Assembly: GCA_964445105.1 (NCBI GenBank)
Contig: CAYUJS010000005.1
Location: forward strand, 3,791 to 67,790
DNA length: 64,000 bases
DNA from: an uncultured bacterium
GTDB taxonomy: Bacteria; Chlamydiota; Chlamydiia; Chlamydiales; JAJFMA01
Reading direction: 5' to 3'
Shown here: positions 8,522 through 18,098 of the stretch, piece by piece
Layout of the letters: every line of letters begins with the position of its first letter
Position numbering within the stretch: the stretch's first letter is position 1
Program-made: the position numbers and the translations under genes
The notes under the pieces: generated by a model
What the model saw: the letters and a program-made list of their open reading frames with translations, nothing else
The model's database searches: none
What the model was told of the DNA's origin: nothing

Positions 8522-9662
8522 TTAAGCAAGGGCACCGAGCTCAGCAAACTCATTTACAAGTGTTTTAAAAGCTTCGCGGACCTCTCGATTGGGAAAATCT
8601 AACTTATAATTATGGCTGACTTCATCATACCCTTGGATCGTAAGGTACCCGGTCTGCCACATAAGAGGGATGAGTTGGAGACTCGCCAGATTGCCGACGT
8701 CCAAAGGGCTGCTTTGTTCCTCAGCCACCATATTCCAACCGGCTGTTTGCGCACTTGTTGAACGAGAAGCGTGGTCGTACCTGTTTCAAACCAATAACTC
8801 CGCACCCTGCCAGTGTCCAGAAAATTTAGGATAGAGTGGGGGTTGTAGACCGGCTCTGCGCCCCAGGCGAACCGATAACCATTGTACCACTCTTTTATTT
8901 CGGCTAAAACAGCTTCCTCATTTGCTTTGGTCGCGCCCGTAGAACGGCGCTTTTCGGCTACTCGCTTTATTTGATCACCCAGAAAGCTTTGCAGATCCGA
9001 CGCTGCATAGCCCGCTAAAGTGGCGTAATCTGTGTTGGTCGTGATGTCCTTTAGGTTGTTAAATCCAGAAAAGAGAGAAGTCTTACAAAATTTGGTGACT
9101 CCCGTGGGAAATACAAAGCGCAACTGTTTATCGAGCGACTTGAGCGTGCTGTAAAAATCTTTTAGCAAAAGTTGGTTACCCTTGGCTATATCGATCTGTT
9201 CAAGGTGGTCTAGTAAGGGCTTATCTTACTCATCGATTAGGACGACGACTGGGCCCAACTCGGCGAGCTCCTTTACGAGATTGACTAATCCGTGTTGTAG
9301 GTCTGAGCAGTCGATGGACTTGCTGTACAAAGCGGCGGTGTCTTCCAAAACTCTCTGCAACCCAGAGGCCAGTTTTTCGGGATTTTTCGTTGAGATTTGC
9401 GCAAAATCGAAATAACGGGGTGTTTTTTCGAATCGTAGTCCGTGTTGTAGATATGGCAATTTTTAAATAACTCCTTATCGCCCTTAAAAATCGCTTCGAG
9501 CGTGCTCAGAAGGAGTGATTTACCGAACCTGCGTGGGCGCGACAGAAAATAGTACTGTCCATCTGTGATTAATCTGTGGATTATATCCGTTTTGTCTACA
9601 TACAAAAAATTCCGATTAATAATGTTTTCGATAGATTGCATGCCGATCGGTAACTTTTTCAT
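8522..9662 (-). pseudogene. AAA-ATPase-like / PD-(D/E)XK (DUF1703-type) family gene, multiply frameshifted and 3'-truncated
   Basis: The N-terminus MKKLPIGMQSIENIINRNFLYVDKTDIIHRLI..YYFLSRPRRFGKSLLLSTLEAIFKG is the hallmark of this family. The homology then hops between four ORF-track fragments in different frames. These are 9285..9662, then 9226..9459 (..VVVLIDE), then 8599..9168 (..RFVFPTGVTKFCKTSLFSGFNNLKDIT..WYNGYRF..VYNPHSILNF), then 8522..8731 (..QTGYLTI..YKLDFPNREV). The expected C-terminal nuclease domain is missing. Confidence 0.75.
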
Positions 9663-9931
9663 CTCGATTTTATAAATTTTTCGATACGTTTCGCTGTTTA
9701 GTTGTTAATATCTACGGACTACTCCATTTTAGCGTAATTAGCGCTAATAAATCGAGGTTTTTAAGAAAACGCTCCCTTACGCTAGTTTGTAAGCCAGGGC
9801 GTACCTCTCGATCGTATTGGTTCATGGGGCTCGCATATGCGTCTAAAGGGGCAAGATCGGTCGTTGCGCTCTTTAGCCGAGAAGCTTAGCTTCGTCTAGA
9901 GCGTACATTTCGAAACTCTATTCAAAGCCCT

Positions 9932-10687
9932 CTACTCCTTGTACTCCCTAAGTCGTGAATTCTCTTCCATTAGCTTGAGGTATTTATAGTAAGCTGTGTG
10001 GGCGTTGTAGGCGGAGATGATAAATCCTTCACGGCCAGCTAGGAAGCCTTTTTTTAGAATGTAGCTTTTGAAAAAGGCGAAGCTGCCGTGCCGTATGGCG
10101 CGGCCTAGGGAGGAGGAGCGCTTTCCAGCGTATTGTTTGGCAAAGAGCTCTGAGTAGAGTTGCATTTTGGTTAGAAAATCGCCTACGGAGCTGTAGGGAT
10201 AATGTTTGACCGCATGGTTAAGGCGGATCAATTGCAGGCCATCTGTGATGACCGCTTCGTGGACTTGGGCGTCGCAGTATTTTGTGGTTCGGCGTTGGTA
10301 GAGCTTAATTTGGTAGTCCGGGTACCAGCCGCAATATTTGATCCATTTCCCATTCAAGTAGTTATTTCTTCGGATACCAAAAACCTGCTGAGCATCAAGT
10401 GAGAGCGAGGCTATTTCTTGTATGAGCTGGTCTGTGGCGATTTCATCGCTGTCGATGGAGAGAATCCAGTCGTTCTTAGCGAGAGCCGAGGCGGCATTGT
10501 GGGTGGCGCCAAAGCCGATAAACGGCCCCTGGTGGACGTTCACGTTGGGGAATCGGTTAGCGATGGCTAGGGTGTCATCTGTGGAGCCTGTATCGTAGAG
10601 CAGCACCTCGTCAAAAGTAGCTAGTGGAGTTAGTACCTCTGCGAGGTATTTTTGGCTATTTTTAGTTAGGATGATGACGCTTATCAT
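9932..10687 (-). CDS. Family-2 glycosyltransferase
   Basis: The N-terminus ISVIILTKNSQKYLAEVL...LLYDTGSTDDT...ILSIDSDE is the typical GT2 (GT-A) layout with a DxD-type motif. It overlaps the upstream gene by 4 nt. Confidence 0.8.
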   Translation of the reverse strand: MISVIILTKNSQKYLAEVLTPLATFDEVLLYDTGSTDDTLAIANRFPNVNVHQGPFIGFGATHNAASALAKNDWILSIDSDEIATDQLIQEIASLSLDAQQVFGIRRNNYLNGKWIKYCGWYPDYQIKLYQRRTTKYCDAQVHEAVITDGLQLIRLNHAVKHYPYSSVGDFLTKMQLYSELFAKQYAGKRSSSLGRAIRHGSFAFFKSYILKKGFLAGREGFIISAYNAHTAYYKYLKLMEENSRLREYKE

Positions 10688-11868
10688 AGCAGAGCTTCCA
10701 GTTGTGGCCAGATCTGGTTGAGGTGCTCTAAAAGGGCTTGTGCGCGAGCATCCCAGGTGTGCTTTTGGCGAATAATTTTTCTTCCATGCTGTACCATTTC
10801 AAACCGTTGACTTTCGTCTCTGAGTAGATGTCCAACTAACCCGTTGAGGGCATCGTATTGGTTGTGTTTGTAGAAAGCAAGACCCTCTTGGAAGCTTTCA
10901 TTCAAGAAGTGGGTTTGATTGGTAATGACGGCGCTGCCGGCCATCAGGCCTGCAAAGACGCGTTCGTGGGCTCCATCTTTGATGGTTGGTGTACTATTGA
11001 GGATGAGTTTGCTTTTTTGCATGACCGTCAACGTCTCCTCGTAGGAGATGCGATCGTGGATGACAGCATTTTTCATGTGGCGGAGATAATCTTGCCAGCC
11101 GCGCGGGCCGCTTTTGGTGCCGAAGACGTGCACAGGTACATCGCGGATGGCAGTGATGGCTGCAAAGCGGTCTTTCCCGCGGATGTAGAACTCTAGCTGG
11201 TCGAAGAGTTCCGCTTGAATGAATGTCGTAGGGTCGATGTCGCCTTTCGTTCTTAAGCGGCGCTCCAGCGCTTGTGCGTACGCCTCCAGATAGGAGGTAG
11301 TTTGATCGCATAGAGTGATCTCAGCGGCTTCTTCGAGGACTGTGGCCATGGCGGGCGAAAAGCGTGTAGGCCAGCTGGTACGCAGGCTCTCGAAATCTAT
11401 GCAGGTGCCCGTAAAGGATACTTCGTAGGGGCGCTCGGCGTAGATATCCCCTTGAAAGCTGGCTTCTACGGCGTGGGGTAAAAAAAAGCTATGGGCACTT
11501 TTTAGGCCTCGAAAGAAGTGGACAAACTGGCGGTCATCGCAGGTGACAACGGTCAATGGAGAGTCGGCAAGCGACATATAGAGATTGGGAGAGTCGACCA
11601 GGATTGCTACGTGTGGAATGCGCAGCATTTCACAGAGAAATTTGCCTTCGCGATCAGGTAGGAGGCCGTTAAAGCAGAGCGTTAGATCGGGGGCGTCGTT
11701 TAGTAGGTCGCTGACCAGCATAGGGTTGTAGCCCTTTTCGTTGCCTAATATGCGGCAGTCAATGCCTTGCTGGCTGAGCGCCTGCGCAAAGCAGCGCGTG
11801 AAATAGGGTAATACACCGTAGCCTGTGCGGTGCCTTGGCGGCATCAGCAAATCGATCCGTTCGATCAT
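10684..11868 (-). CDS. Glycosyltransferase-like protein (CgeB / Glyco_trans_1_2-type C-terminal domain)
   Basis: In the 394-aa ORF, the C-terminal segment LNSTPTIKDGAHERVFAGLMAGSAVITNQTHFLNESF....HTWDARAQALLEHL resembles the CgeB-type GT-B half-domain. Operon context with a GT2 supports this. The family assignment is from memory only. Confidence 0.5.
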   Translation of the reverse strand: MIERIDLLMPPRHRTGYGVLPYFTRCFAQALSQQGIDCRILGNEKGYNPMLVSDLLNDAPDLTLCFNGLLPDREGKFLCEMLRIPHVAILVDSPNLYMSLADSPLTVVTCDDRQFVHFFRGLKSAHSFFLPHAVEASFQGDIYAERPYEVSFTGTCIDFESLRTSWPTRFSPAMATVLEEAAEITLCDQTTSYLEAYAQALERRLRTKGDIDPTTFIQAELFDQLEFYIRGKDRFAAITAIRDVPVHVFGTKSGPRGWQDYLRHMKNAVIHDRISYEETLTVMQKSKLILNSTPTIKDGAHERVFAGLMAGSAVITNQTHFLNESFQEGLAFYKHNQYDALNGLVGHLLRDESQRFEMVQHGRKIIRQKHTWDARAQALLEHLNQIWPQLEALL

Positions 11869-12338
11869 CGAATGAAGGTCCAGTTTCTTTTACGAGCCCC
11901 CACGCCTTTACTCTTTTGTCGGTTTTCTTGTTCTTTGGCTTGGGCAGCGAGGATTTTTTCTTTGTCTGCCTGGCCTGTTTTACGCCAGATGTCCTCTTGG
12001 TATTTTTCGCGCTGCTCCAGATAATTTTTGGCGTTTACTCCTTCATAAGTAGCGGGGTTATTCAAGATGCGTCCTACCATTTTTAGATTTACGCCTGTGC
12101 GGTCAAAAAGGGTGCCTAGTTGATTATCTATGTCATCCCTTTGCTTCACTATTTTGGCATAGGTGACCTTCATATCCTCCAGTGTTTTAAGAGAGTCCAC
12201 TGGGACCGTTGGTTGGGGAATGGATGGAATTCTTGCTTTTGATTTAGGCCGGTCGAGGCCCTTTTGCGAAGCAAAGTCAAAGATGCTGTCAGGCATGGCT
12301 GTCCGTTGGGTAGCTCTACTACCCACCAATTCTAACAA
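11865..12338 (-). CDS. Hypothetical charged/coiled protein, first gene of the glycosyltransferase operon
   Basis: The 157-aa ORF (an internal ATG, MPDSIF.., is also possible) has a 4-nt overlap with the downstream GT gene. I recognised no motif. Confidence 0.4.
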   Translation of the reverse strand: MLELVGSRATQRTAMPDSIFDFASQKGLDRPKSKARIPSIPQPTVPVDSLKTLEDMKVTYAKIVKQRDDIDNQLGTLFDRTGVNLKMVGRILNNPATYEGVNAKNYLEQREKYQEDIWRKTGQADKEKILAAQAKEQENRQKSKGVGARKRNWTFIR

Positions 12339-12465
12339 ATTAATTATCCGATGTAAACTTCAAAATTTATAATTTAATAAATGTAAATTTTTTAATTAAT
12401 TAGTTAATTAAATGGCATGTTTTTTGCTAGATAATAAACAACAGATCTTGAAGAGAGGAGTTTTT

Positions 12466-13902
12466 ATGGAGCCCCCTTCATCAGCAAGTTCTAGCAGTAC
12501 CAGTAGGATTATTGGACCAGAGGAAAAACCTAGGTCATTGTCTGAGATAGAGCAAAAAGTGCGTGACCAGGCTGGAAAAATCTCGAGTCCCGCGCCTTCT
12601 GTACAGAAAATTTCAGCGCAAGCTGCACCACAAGTAGGGAGTCGGCTCCGCAATTTCTTTGCCTCTATTTGGGGCAGCACGAAGGCAGAGCCCGCTCCGA
12701 TAGCTGAGGCTAAACAGGCGGCTAGCTTGGCTCACTGGACGCAATCGAAAACGTTTACGGGTCGCGAGGATATATTTGACAGGATTTCGCCAACGGTAGC
12801 TCCTATGGACGTTGAGATCCAAGGGGTCAAGACCCCGCGGGATCGGGCGTCAGCCTCTCTAGAGGAGTTAGCTGGTGTCGCTCTTGCGCCAGACTTGGGT
12901 CGGCTTGTGAGCCAGGAAATGGTATTTAAGCTGCTGCTACCGGTTCAAGAGCGGCTGGTGCTTGGCAATCCTGACTTGGAAGCCAGGATGGATCCTTCCC
13001 AAGCTCAGGTGACGTGGACGGTTTCTCGAGATCCCTTCAAAGATGGTGCTATCGTGGTTAAAGGGCAAATATCTTGCCCGCTTCACACCATTGATGGAGC
13101 CTCGGTTAATGCTGGGCTTATTAAGCTGCAGATCTCTGTCGACACGTTGAATTGGACTGCTGAGGTTAAAGAAAGTTATCAAGATTTGGAGGCTAGTTTT
13201 GATTTTACCTCATTGACGGCTCCTACGCCGGAGGCCTTGACAGATCATGTATACCCGGGCACGCCTGGCCTATTGGACCTCAGATCAGGGGTTTTTGGAG
13301 ACAAAAGCCTGTTCTGCCATCACGTCACCTACAGCGGCAGGGAGAACATCATGCATTTGGAAGCCGCTACTTCTGCCATCGAAACCATGCAAAAAGACGG
13401 GGTGGACGTGCATTTTTCGGCACAGCAGCTTAGGGACGCACCCCGATGGATAGCTCATACCGAGCTAGATTCGCCTGACGCACCCATCCGCAGCTCTGTG
13501 ACAATCGATGGCGAAGTGGTGGATCTGAGCAACCGCGAGGAGGGCGTAAGCGCTAGGGCGCTGGTGGGCCGCATCTGGGACTTCACCCAGGACCTAGAGA
13601 CGACCTATGCTATTTCTCGCATTTTGACCCAAGGACCCTTGAATGACATGTACGGAGGCATTTCCAAGGCCCTAGGACCTGAGGCTTTCATCGCTTTGCT
13701 GAGCGATACCAAACGCGTGCGCTGGACATTAGAAAAAGACGAACAAGAGCATATTATTCTTAAGGCATGGATGAGGTGTGATCTTCAAACCCCCATGAAC
13801 GGCTCTGAGGCGAAGATGGGCGAGTATGAAGCGACCGCAGTATTCGATTGTACGGATTGGACGGCAGATCTAAAGATCCAGTTGATGGTCAAGCTTGGCT
13901 AG
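12466..13902 (+). CDS. Orphan protein with a Ser/Pro-rich, probably disordered N-terminus
   Basis: The ORF-track ORF starts at 12412, but the ATG at 12466 is preceded by AGAGGAG at good Shine-Dalgarno spacing. It encodes 478 aa starting MEPPSSASSSSTSR. No known domain was recognised, and there is a possible internal duplication. Confidence 0.55.
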   Translation: MEPPSSASSSSTSRIIGPEEKPRSLSEIEQKVRDQAGKISSPAPSVQKISAQAAPQVGSRLRNFFASIWGSTKAEPAPIAEAKQAASLAHWTQSKTFTGREDIFDRISPTVAPMDVEIQGVKTPRDRASASLEELAGVALAPDLGRLVSQEMVFKLLLPVQERLVLGNPDLEARMDPSQAQVTWTVSRDPFKDGAIVVKGQISCPLHTIDGASVNAGLIKLQISVDTLNWTAEVKESYQDLEASFDFTSLTAPTPEALTDHVYPGTPGLLDLRSGVFGDKSLFCHHVTYSGRENIMHLEAATSAIETMQKDGVDVHFSAQQLRDAPRWIAHTELDSPDAPIRSSVTIDGEVVDLSNREEGVSARALVGRIWDFTQDLETTYAISRILTQGPLNDMYGGISKALGPEAFIALLSDTKRVRWTLEKDEQEHIILKAWMRCDLQTPMNGSEAKMGEYEATAVFDCTDWTADLKIQLMVKLG

Positions 13903-14062
13903 TCTCAATGGTCCGAGCTAAGGGTGCTGTCAGCCCTGATTGAGTCGGCTTCTTTTTTAGCGGTAGCTGCCGGCGACCGCCAAACTTTCTTTGATCTTAA
14001 AGTGCTCACGCTCTATACTCGCCTGGTGGATTCAATTTAATAAAGATATGCGGGGCATCTCG

Positions 14063-16207
14063 ATGGGCTACCTAGAGGATTTTCAAGAACAAATCGCCAA
14101 GAATGATTTTCAAAAATTCTTCCGCCTGTGGGAGGAATATTGCAATGGAGATACAGACCCTGTCGAGCTGATAAAAGTGTTGGAGCTCATAAAGGGCTCT
14201 GATGTGGCAGCGACATTCGGTAACTATGTAGAGACTGCTCTTCCCCTCTGGCAATCTGTGCAAGATGAAAATCTTTCTTACGAAATCCTGCGGCTGCTGA
14301 TGGATCTTCAGACAACTGATAACACTTTGATGGCCGATACAGCCACCCAAGCGCTGCAGAGTAAATATGGCACTTTGCCTGAATTTGCTAACTACATGCG
14401 CTTAGTGGGCCTGCGGGCGCGCAAGTCTTTTCAAGGGGCAATCAGCCACTTCGAACTGCTCCTGCATATGCAAGAAGGCAATTTCGTGTTGCACACTAGT
14501 GGCTGGGGTACCGGCGAGATCGTGCAAGTTTCGCCGGTGCGCGAAGAGGTAGGTATCGAATTTGAAAATGTCACTGGGCGCAAACAGCTCTCTTTTGCTA
14601 ACGCATTCCGTACTCTGTTGCCATTGAAAAAAGACCATTTCCTCGTGCGTCGGTTTGCCTTTGCCGATGAGCTCGAGGCGGAAGCTAAAAAAGCGCCCGT
14701 AGATGTGATTAAGCTGCTACTGCGCGACATGGGGCCTAAATCTGCATCGGAGATCAAAGATGAGCTAGCCGATTTGGTAATCCCGGAAGCAGAGTGGACG
14801 CGCTGGTGGCAAGGCGCGCGCACGCGCGTAAAAAAAGATACGCAGATCGAGTCGCCTGAATCTTTAAAAGAAGCCTTTCGTTTACGCGTGGGTTCTATAT
14901 CTCACGAAGAGTTATTCCACAAAGAGCTGAGCAAATCTGCAGATGTGGGCCAGGTGCTTGTGGCTACTTACAACTTTGTCCGCGACCTACCAGATATGTT
15001 GAAGAAGCAGGAAGTGAAAGATTCGCTCAGGCAGCGCCTTTTTGCGCTGCTGGAGGAACCTACTCTGACTCCTTCTCAGGCATTACAGGTGCATATTTTC
15101 CTGGAGAACCACTTTGGCGAAAAAGTTGCGGGAAAAACTGTAGGTGAAGTGATCCTGGGGATGCCGCAAATCAAAGCGATCGTGAACGGCATGGAGATTA
15201 TTGCCTTCAAAAAGCGCGCCTTGGTCGCCATTAGAGAGCACCGCGAGGATTGGGCGGATCTTTTCCTTAAGTTGTTGCTTTCCGTACAACCCAATCAGTT
15301 GCGCGACTATATTTTGAAGGAACTCGATGCCGAACCGACGCGTCCTTTGCTAGAAAAAGTGATTAAAGATCTATTGATCCACCCGGCGACCTATCCTGAC
15401 GTTTTTGTCTGGTACTTCCAGAAGGTGATGGTTAGCGATTCTGTCCCTTTCAGCAACAAGCAAGGGCAGTGCGAATTTCTAGAAAATTTCTTGATCCTTT
15501 TTTCTATTATCGAGGAGCAGCCCGCGCAGCGTGAGCTCCTCAAAAAAATGTATGCTCTGCTTTCAGGTAAGCGCTACCTAGTCGTACGCAATATCATCGA
15601 AGGCACTTCCCTAGAATTTATTAAAGAATTTTTACTGCTGGTGGCCAAGTGCTCAAGCCTGAGCGATCATGACAAGAAGATCATGAATTCATTAGCCGAA
15701 GTGGCACATCCTTTGCTGTCGCAGCATAATGAGCCGGTTGACGAAGAGGTCATATGGACCACTGAAGAGGGATATTTCAAAACTAAACAACGTATTCAGT
15801 ATTTGGGCACAGAAGAGATTGTGGATAACGCTCGCGAGATCGAAGCAGCTCGTGCTTTAGGCGACTTGCGTGAAAATTCGGAATACAAGTTTGCTCTGGA
15901 GCGGCGTCAGCGCCTTCAGACAGAGCTCGCCTCGTTATCTGAGCAGCTCAACCGCGCGCGCATCATCACCCCCGAAGATGTCCCTGCCCACGAAGTAGGT
16001 ATCGGGGTGAAGGTAGAGCTGACCAATCGAGAAGGAAAAACGGTTTCCTACTCTATCTTAGGGCCTTGGGACACGAATCCGGCTCAGAATATTCTTTCCT
16101 TCCAATCGAAGCTTGCCGAGAGTATGATAGGAAAGAAAGAGGGTGACCCGATCAGTTTCCGCGGGGAAGATTTCACCATCACCAAGATCCGCAGTCATTT
16201 CGAATAA
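14063..16207 (+). CDS. greA: Transcription elongation factor GreA, long chlamydial form (~714 aa)
   Basis: The C-terminal ~150 aa are canonical GreA (ARALGDLRENSEYKFALERRQ...ILGPWD...ISFQSKLAESMIGKKEGD). The long N-terminal extension starting MGYLEDF...LWEEYC is, as I recall, typical of Chlamydiae. The start was chosen at the ATG at 14063 rather than the ORF-track start at 13991. Confidence 0.85.
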   Translation: MGYLEDFQEQIAKNDFQKFFRLWEEYCNGDTDPVELIKVLELIKGSDVAATFGNYVETALPLWQSVQDENLSYEILRLLMDLQTTDNTLMADTATQALQSKYGTLPEFANYMRLVGLRARKSFQGAISHFELLLHMQEGNFVLHTSGWGTGEIVQVSPVREEVGIEFENVTGRKQLSFANAFRTLLPLKKDHFLVRRFAFADELEAEAKKAPVDVIKLLLRDMGPKSASEIKDELADLVIPEAEWTRWWQGARTRVKKDTQIESPESLKEAFRLRVGSISHEELFHKELSKSADVGQVLVATYNFVRDLPDMLKKQEVKDSLRQRLFALLEEPTLTPSQALQVHIFLENHFGEKVAGKTVGEVILGMPQIKAIVNGMEIIAFKKRALVAIREHREDWADLFLKLLLSVQPNQLRDYILKELDAEPTRPLLEKVIKDLLIHPATYPDVFVWYFQKVMVSDSVPFSNKQGQCEFLENFLILFSIIEEQPAQRELLKKMYALLSGKRYLVVRNIIEGTSLEFIKEFLLLVAKCSSLSDHDKKIMNSLAEVAHPLLSQHNEPVDEEVIWTTEEGYFKTKQRIQYLGTEEIVDNAREIEAARALGDLRENSEYKFALERRQRLQTELASLSEQLNRARIITPEDVPAHEVGIGVKVELTNREGKTVSYSILGPWDTNPAQNILSFQSKLAESMIGKKEGDPISFRGEDFTITKIRSHFE

Positions 16208-16216
16208 GGTCTTTGA

Positions 16217-16813
16217 ATGCAATTAATTATTGCTAGCACGAACTGGCACAAGGTTCGGGAATTTCGTGAAATTCTGAAGTCGGTGCCTTGCTGGGACGTG
16301 CTGTCCTTGTTGGATTTTCCTGATTTTAAACTGGAAACTCCTGCTGGCAAGTCATTCGAGGAAAATGCCGTGCTCAAGGCTGAATCTGCGGCCAAGGCTT
16401 TGCAGCGCTGGGTTTTGGCCGATGATTCAGGGATTATCGTGCCATCTTTGCAAGGGGCTCCTGGGATCTGTTCTCGCTATTATGCTGGGGATGAGGCTAG
16501 TGAAGCTGAAAATCGCAAGAAGTTGTTGGAAGTCATGCGCGACAAGTCGGGCCCCGATCGCGCGGCGCATATGGAATGCTGCATCGCGATAGCCAGCCCA
16601 GAGGGCTTACAAAAAGTGGTTACCGGCAGCTGCGAAGGCGAAATCGTTGAAGAGGAACGTGGGCGACATGGTTTTGGCTATGATCCACTTTTTCGTAAAT
16701 ACGATTACGACAAAACGTTTGCTGAGCTAGACGAGTCGGTCAAGGTGCGTATCTCGGATCGCCGCAAAGCGTTTGAGAAGCTGGCGATCTACCTCGAGTC
16801 TGTCCAAAGATAA
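16217..16813 (+). CDS. rdgB: Non-canonical purine NTP (dITP/XTP) pyrophosphatase RdgB/HAM1
   Basis: It has LIIASTNWHKVREF, DDSGIIVPSLQGAPGICSRYYAG, GFGYDPLF and a length of 198 aa. Confidence 0.85.
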   Translation: MQLIIASTNWHKVREFREILKSVPCWDVLSLLDFPDFKLETPAGKSFEENAVLKAESAAKALQRWVLADDSGIIVPSLQGAPGICSRYYAGDEASEAENRKKLLEVMRDKSGPDRAAHMECCIAIASPEGLQKVVTGSCEGEIVEEERGRHGFGYDPLFRKYDYDKTFAELDESVKVRISDRRKAFEKLAIYLESVQR

Positions 16814-17424
16814 TGCATTACTACATCGACGGTTATAATTTGCTGTTTCGTGTCCTCGATGTGGACGGGGAATTTCAGGCACAGCGTGAGGCGGTACTTC
16901 GAGATCTTGCCACCAGTGCGCAGCTGATTGACCTGAGCGCGACTATCGTGTTCGATGCTCACTATCAGCCTGGCGATGTTAGCCGGGGTCATTTCAAAAA
17001 TCTCGAAGTGGTTTATACATCGGAAAAAGAATCTGCGGACGATTACATCCACAGGTCTGTCATGCGGATTAAGAACCCGCGTTTTGTAACAGTAGTTACT
17101 TCAGATAAGAAGCTTGCTTGGCTTTGCCGTAACCATGGCAGTAACATAGCGACAATTGCTGCATTTCTAAGTTGGCTCGATAAACGTTGCCACAATAAAA
17201 AAGCTCCGCGCTTAGCTAAAGAAACCAAAAAGCTTACCGAGGCGTTAGATCTTCCTGCCGTGCCTCCGAAGCCTGGCACGATAAGTTATTACGAAGCGAT
17301 TTTTGAGGCAGAGATGAGTAAGGTTCTTGCCAATGCGCCCGATAAGTCCACGCTTCGCGCAGAAAAGAGGGACCAAAAAAAAGGAAGGGTAAAAACTCGT
17401 CTCACCCTTCCTAAATACCCATAA
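16813..17424 (+). CDS. YacP-like NYN-domain protein (predicted RNase)
   Basis: It has YIDGYNLL, IVFDA, VVYTSEKESADDYI and VTVVTSD motifs. It has a TAATG overlap with rdgB. Confidence 0.7.
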   Translation: MHYYIDGYNLLFRVLDVDGEFQAQREAVLRDLATSAQLIDLSATIVFDAHYQPGDVSRGHFKNLEVVYTSEKESADDYIHRSVMRIKNPRFVTVVTSDKKLAWLCRNHGSNIATIAAFLSWLDKRCHNKKAPRLAKETKKLTEALDLPAVPPKPGTISYYEAIFEAEMSKVLANAPDKSTLRAEKRDQKKGRVKTRLTLPKYP

Positions 17425-17435
17425 GTAGCAGGTAG

Positions 17436-17876
17436 CTAACAAACTTTAAGCTTCTTGCCTTTGCCTTCGAGATGCTTGTCTTGGTAATCTTTCACATCTT
17501 TTACGTGGATGACCCAGGCAGCGCCACGGCGAGAAGCATTTAGCTTGCCAGCGCGTGTTGCGTAATAGATTTTCTGAGGGGGGACCCCAAGCATCGAAGC
17601 CACTTGATTGACCGAAAAATATCCCTTGTGATTGTCAAACAGAAGCTCGCCGTCAAAAGTCGATTTCGCTCTGGAATATTTGTTTTTCCGATATTCGTTT
17701 AGGTCGTTAATGTGAATCGTCCAGCGGGTGGCTGCTTTTGTTGCTCTCAATTTGTTTAATTTAATCGCAACGTAGATAGCCTGACGGGTTACATTATTAA
17801 GTTTAGCAGCTTCAGTAATCGTAAGCTGCTCTTTGTTTTTAAGGAACTTGATGCCCTTTGTTTTTTTAGAAGTCAT
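17436..17876 (-). CDS. Tandem excisionase/MerR-type HTH DNA-binding protein; possible Euo ortholog
   Basis: There are two internal repeats of about 55 aa: LTITEAAKLNNVTRQAIYVAIKLNKLRATKAATRWTIHINDLNEYR and FSVNQVASMLGVPPQKIYYATRAGKLNASRRGAAWVIHVKDVKDYQ. It neighbours tsp and gltX, as euo does in Chlamydia (from memory). Confidence 0.55.
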   Translation of the reverse strand: MTSKKTKGIKFLKNKEQLTITEAAKLNNVTRQAIYVAIKLNKLRATKAATRWTIHINDLNEYRKNKYSRAKSTFDGELLFDNHKGYFSVNQVASMLGVPPQKIYYATRAGKLNASRRGAAWVIHVKDVKDYQDKHLEGKGKKLKVC

Positions 17877-18034
17877 AATTCCTCCATTATGATTTTAAAA
17901 TTAATAACCAAAGGTTCCAAATGCTCATCATTTAAAACTTTAGCGCATAACAAAGCATCTATTGTACGGATTTTTGGTTTATATGCAAGCTTTTTTTCTA
18001 AAAAATTTGCGTATCTTCGTAAATCTCTCAAAGT

Positions 18035-18063
18035 TTGTGGAAAACGAGCCTGATAGGTACAAT
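18035..18063 (+). promoter_or_regulatory. Candidate sigma-70/66-type promoter for tsp
   Basis: TTGTGG (18035..18040), a 17-nt spacer and TACAAT (18058..18063) lie about 35 nt upstream of the tsp ATG in an AT-rich divergent intergenic region. This is motif evidence only. Confidence 0.3.
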
Positions 18064-18098
18064 CCGGGATAATCTTGATAGATTGTGGAGAGGCTTTT

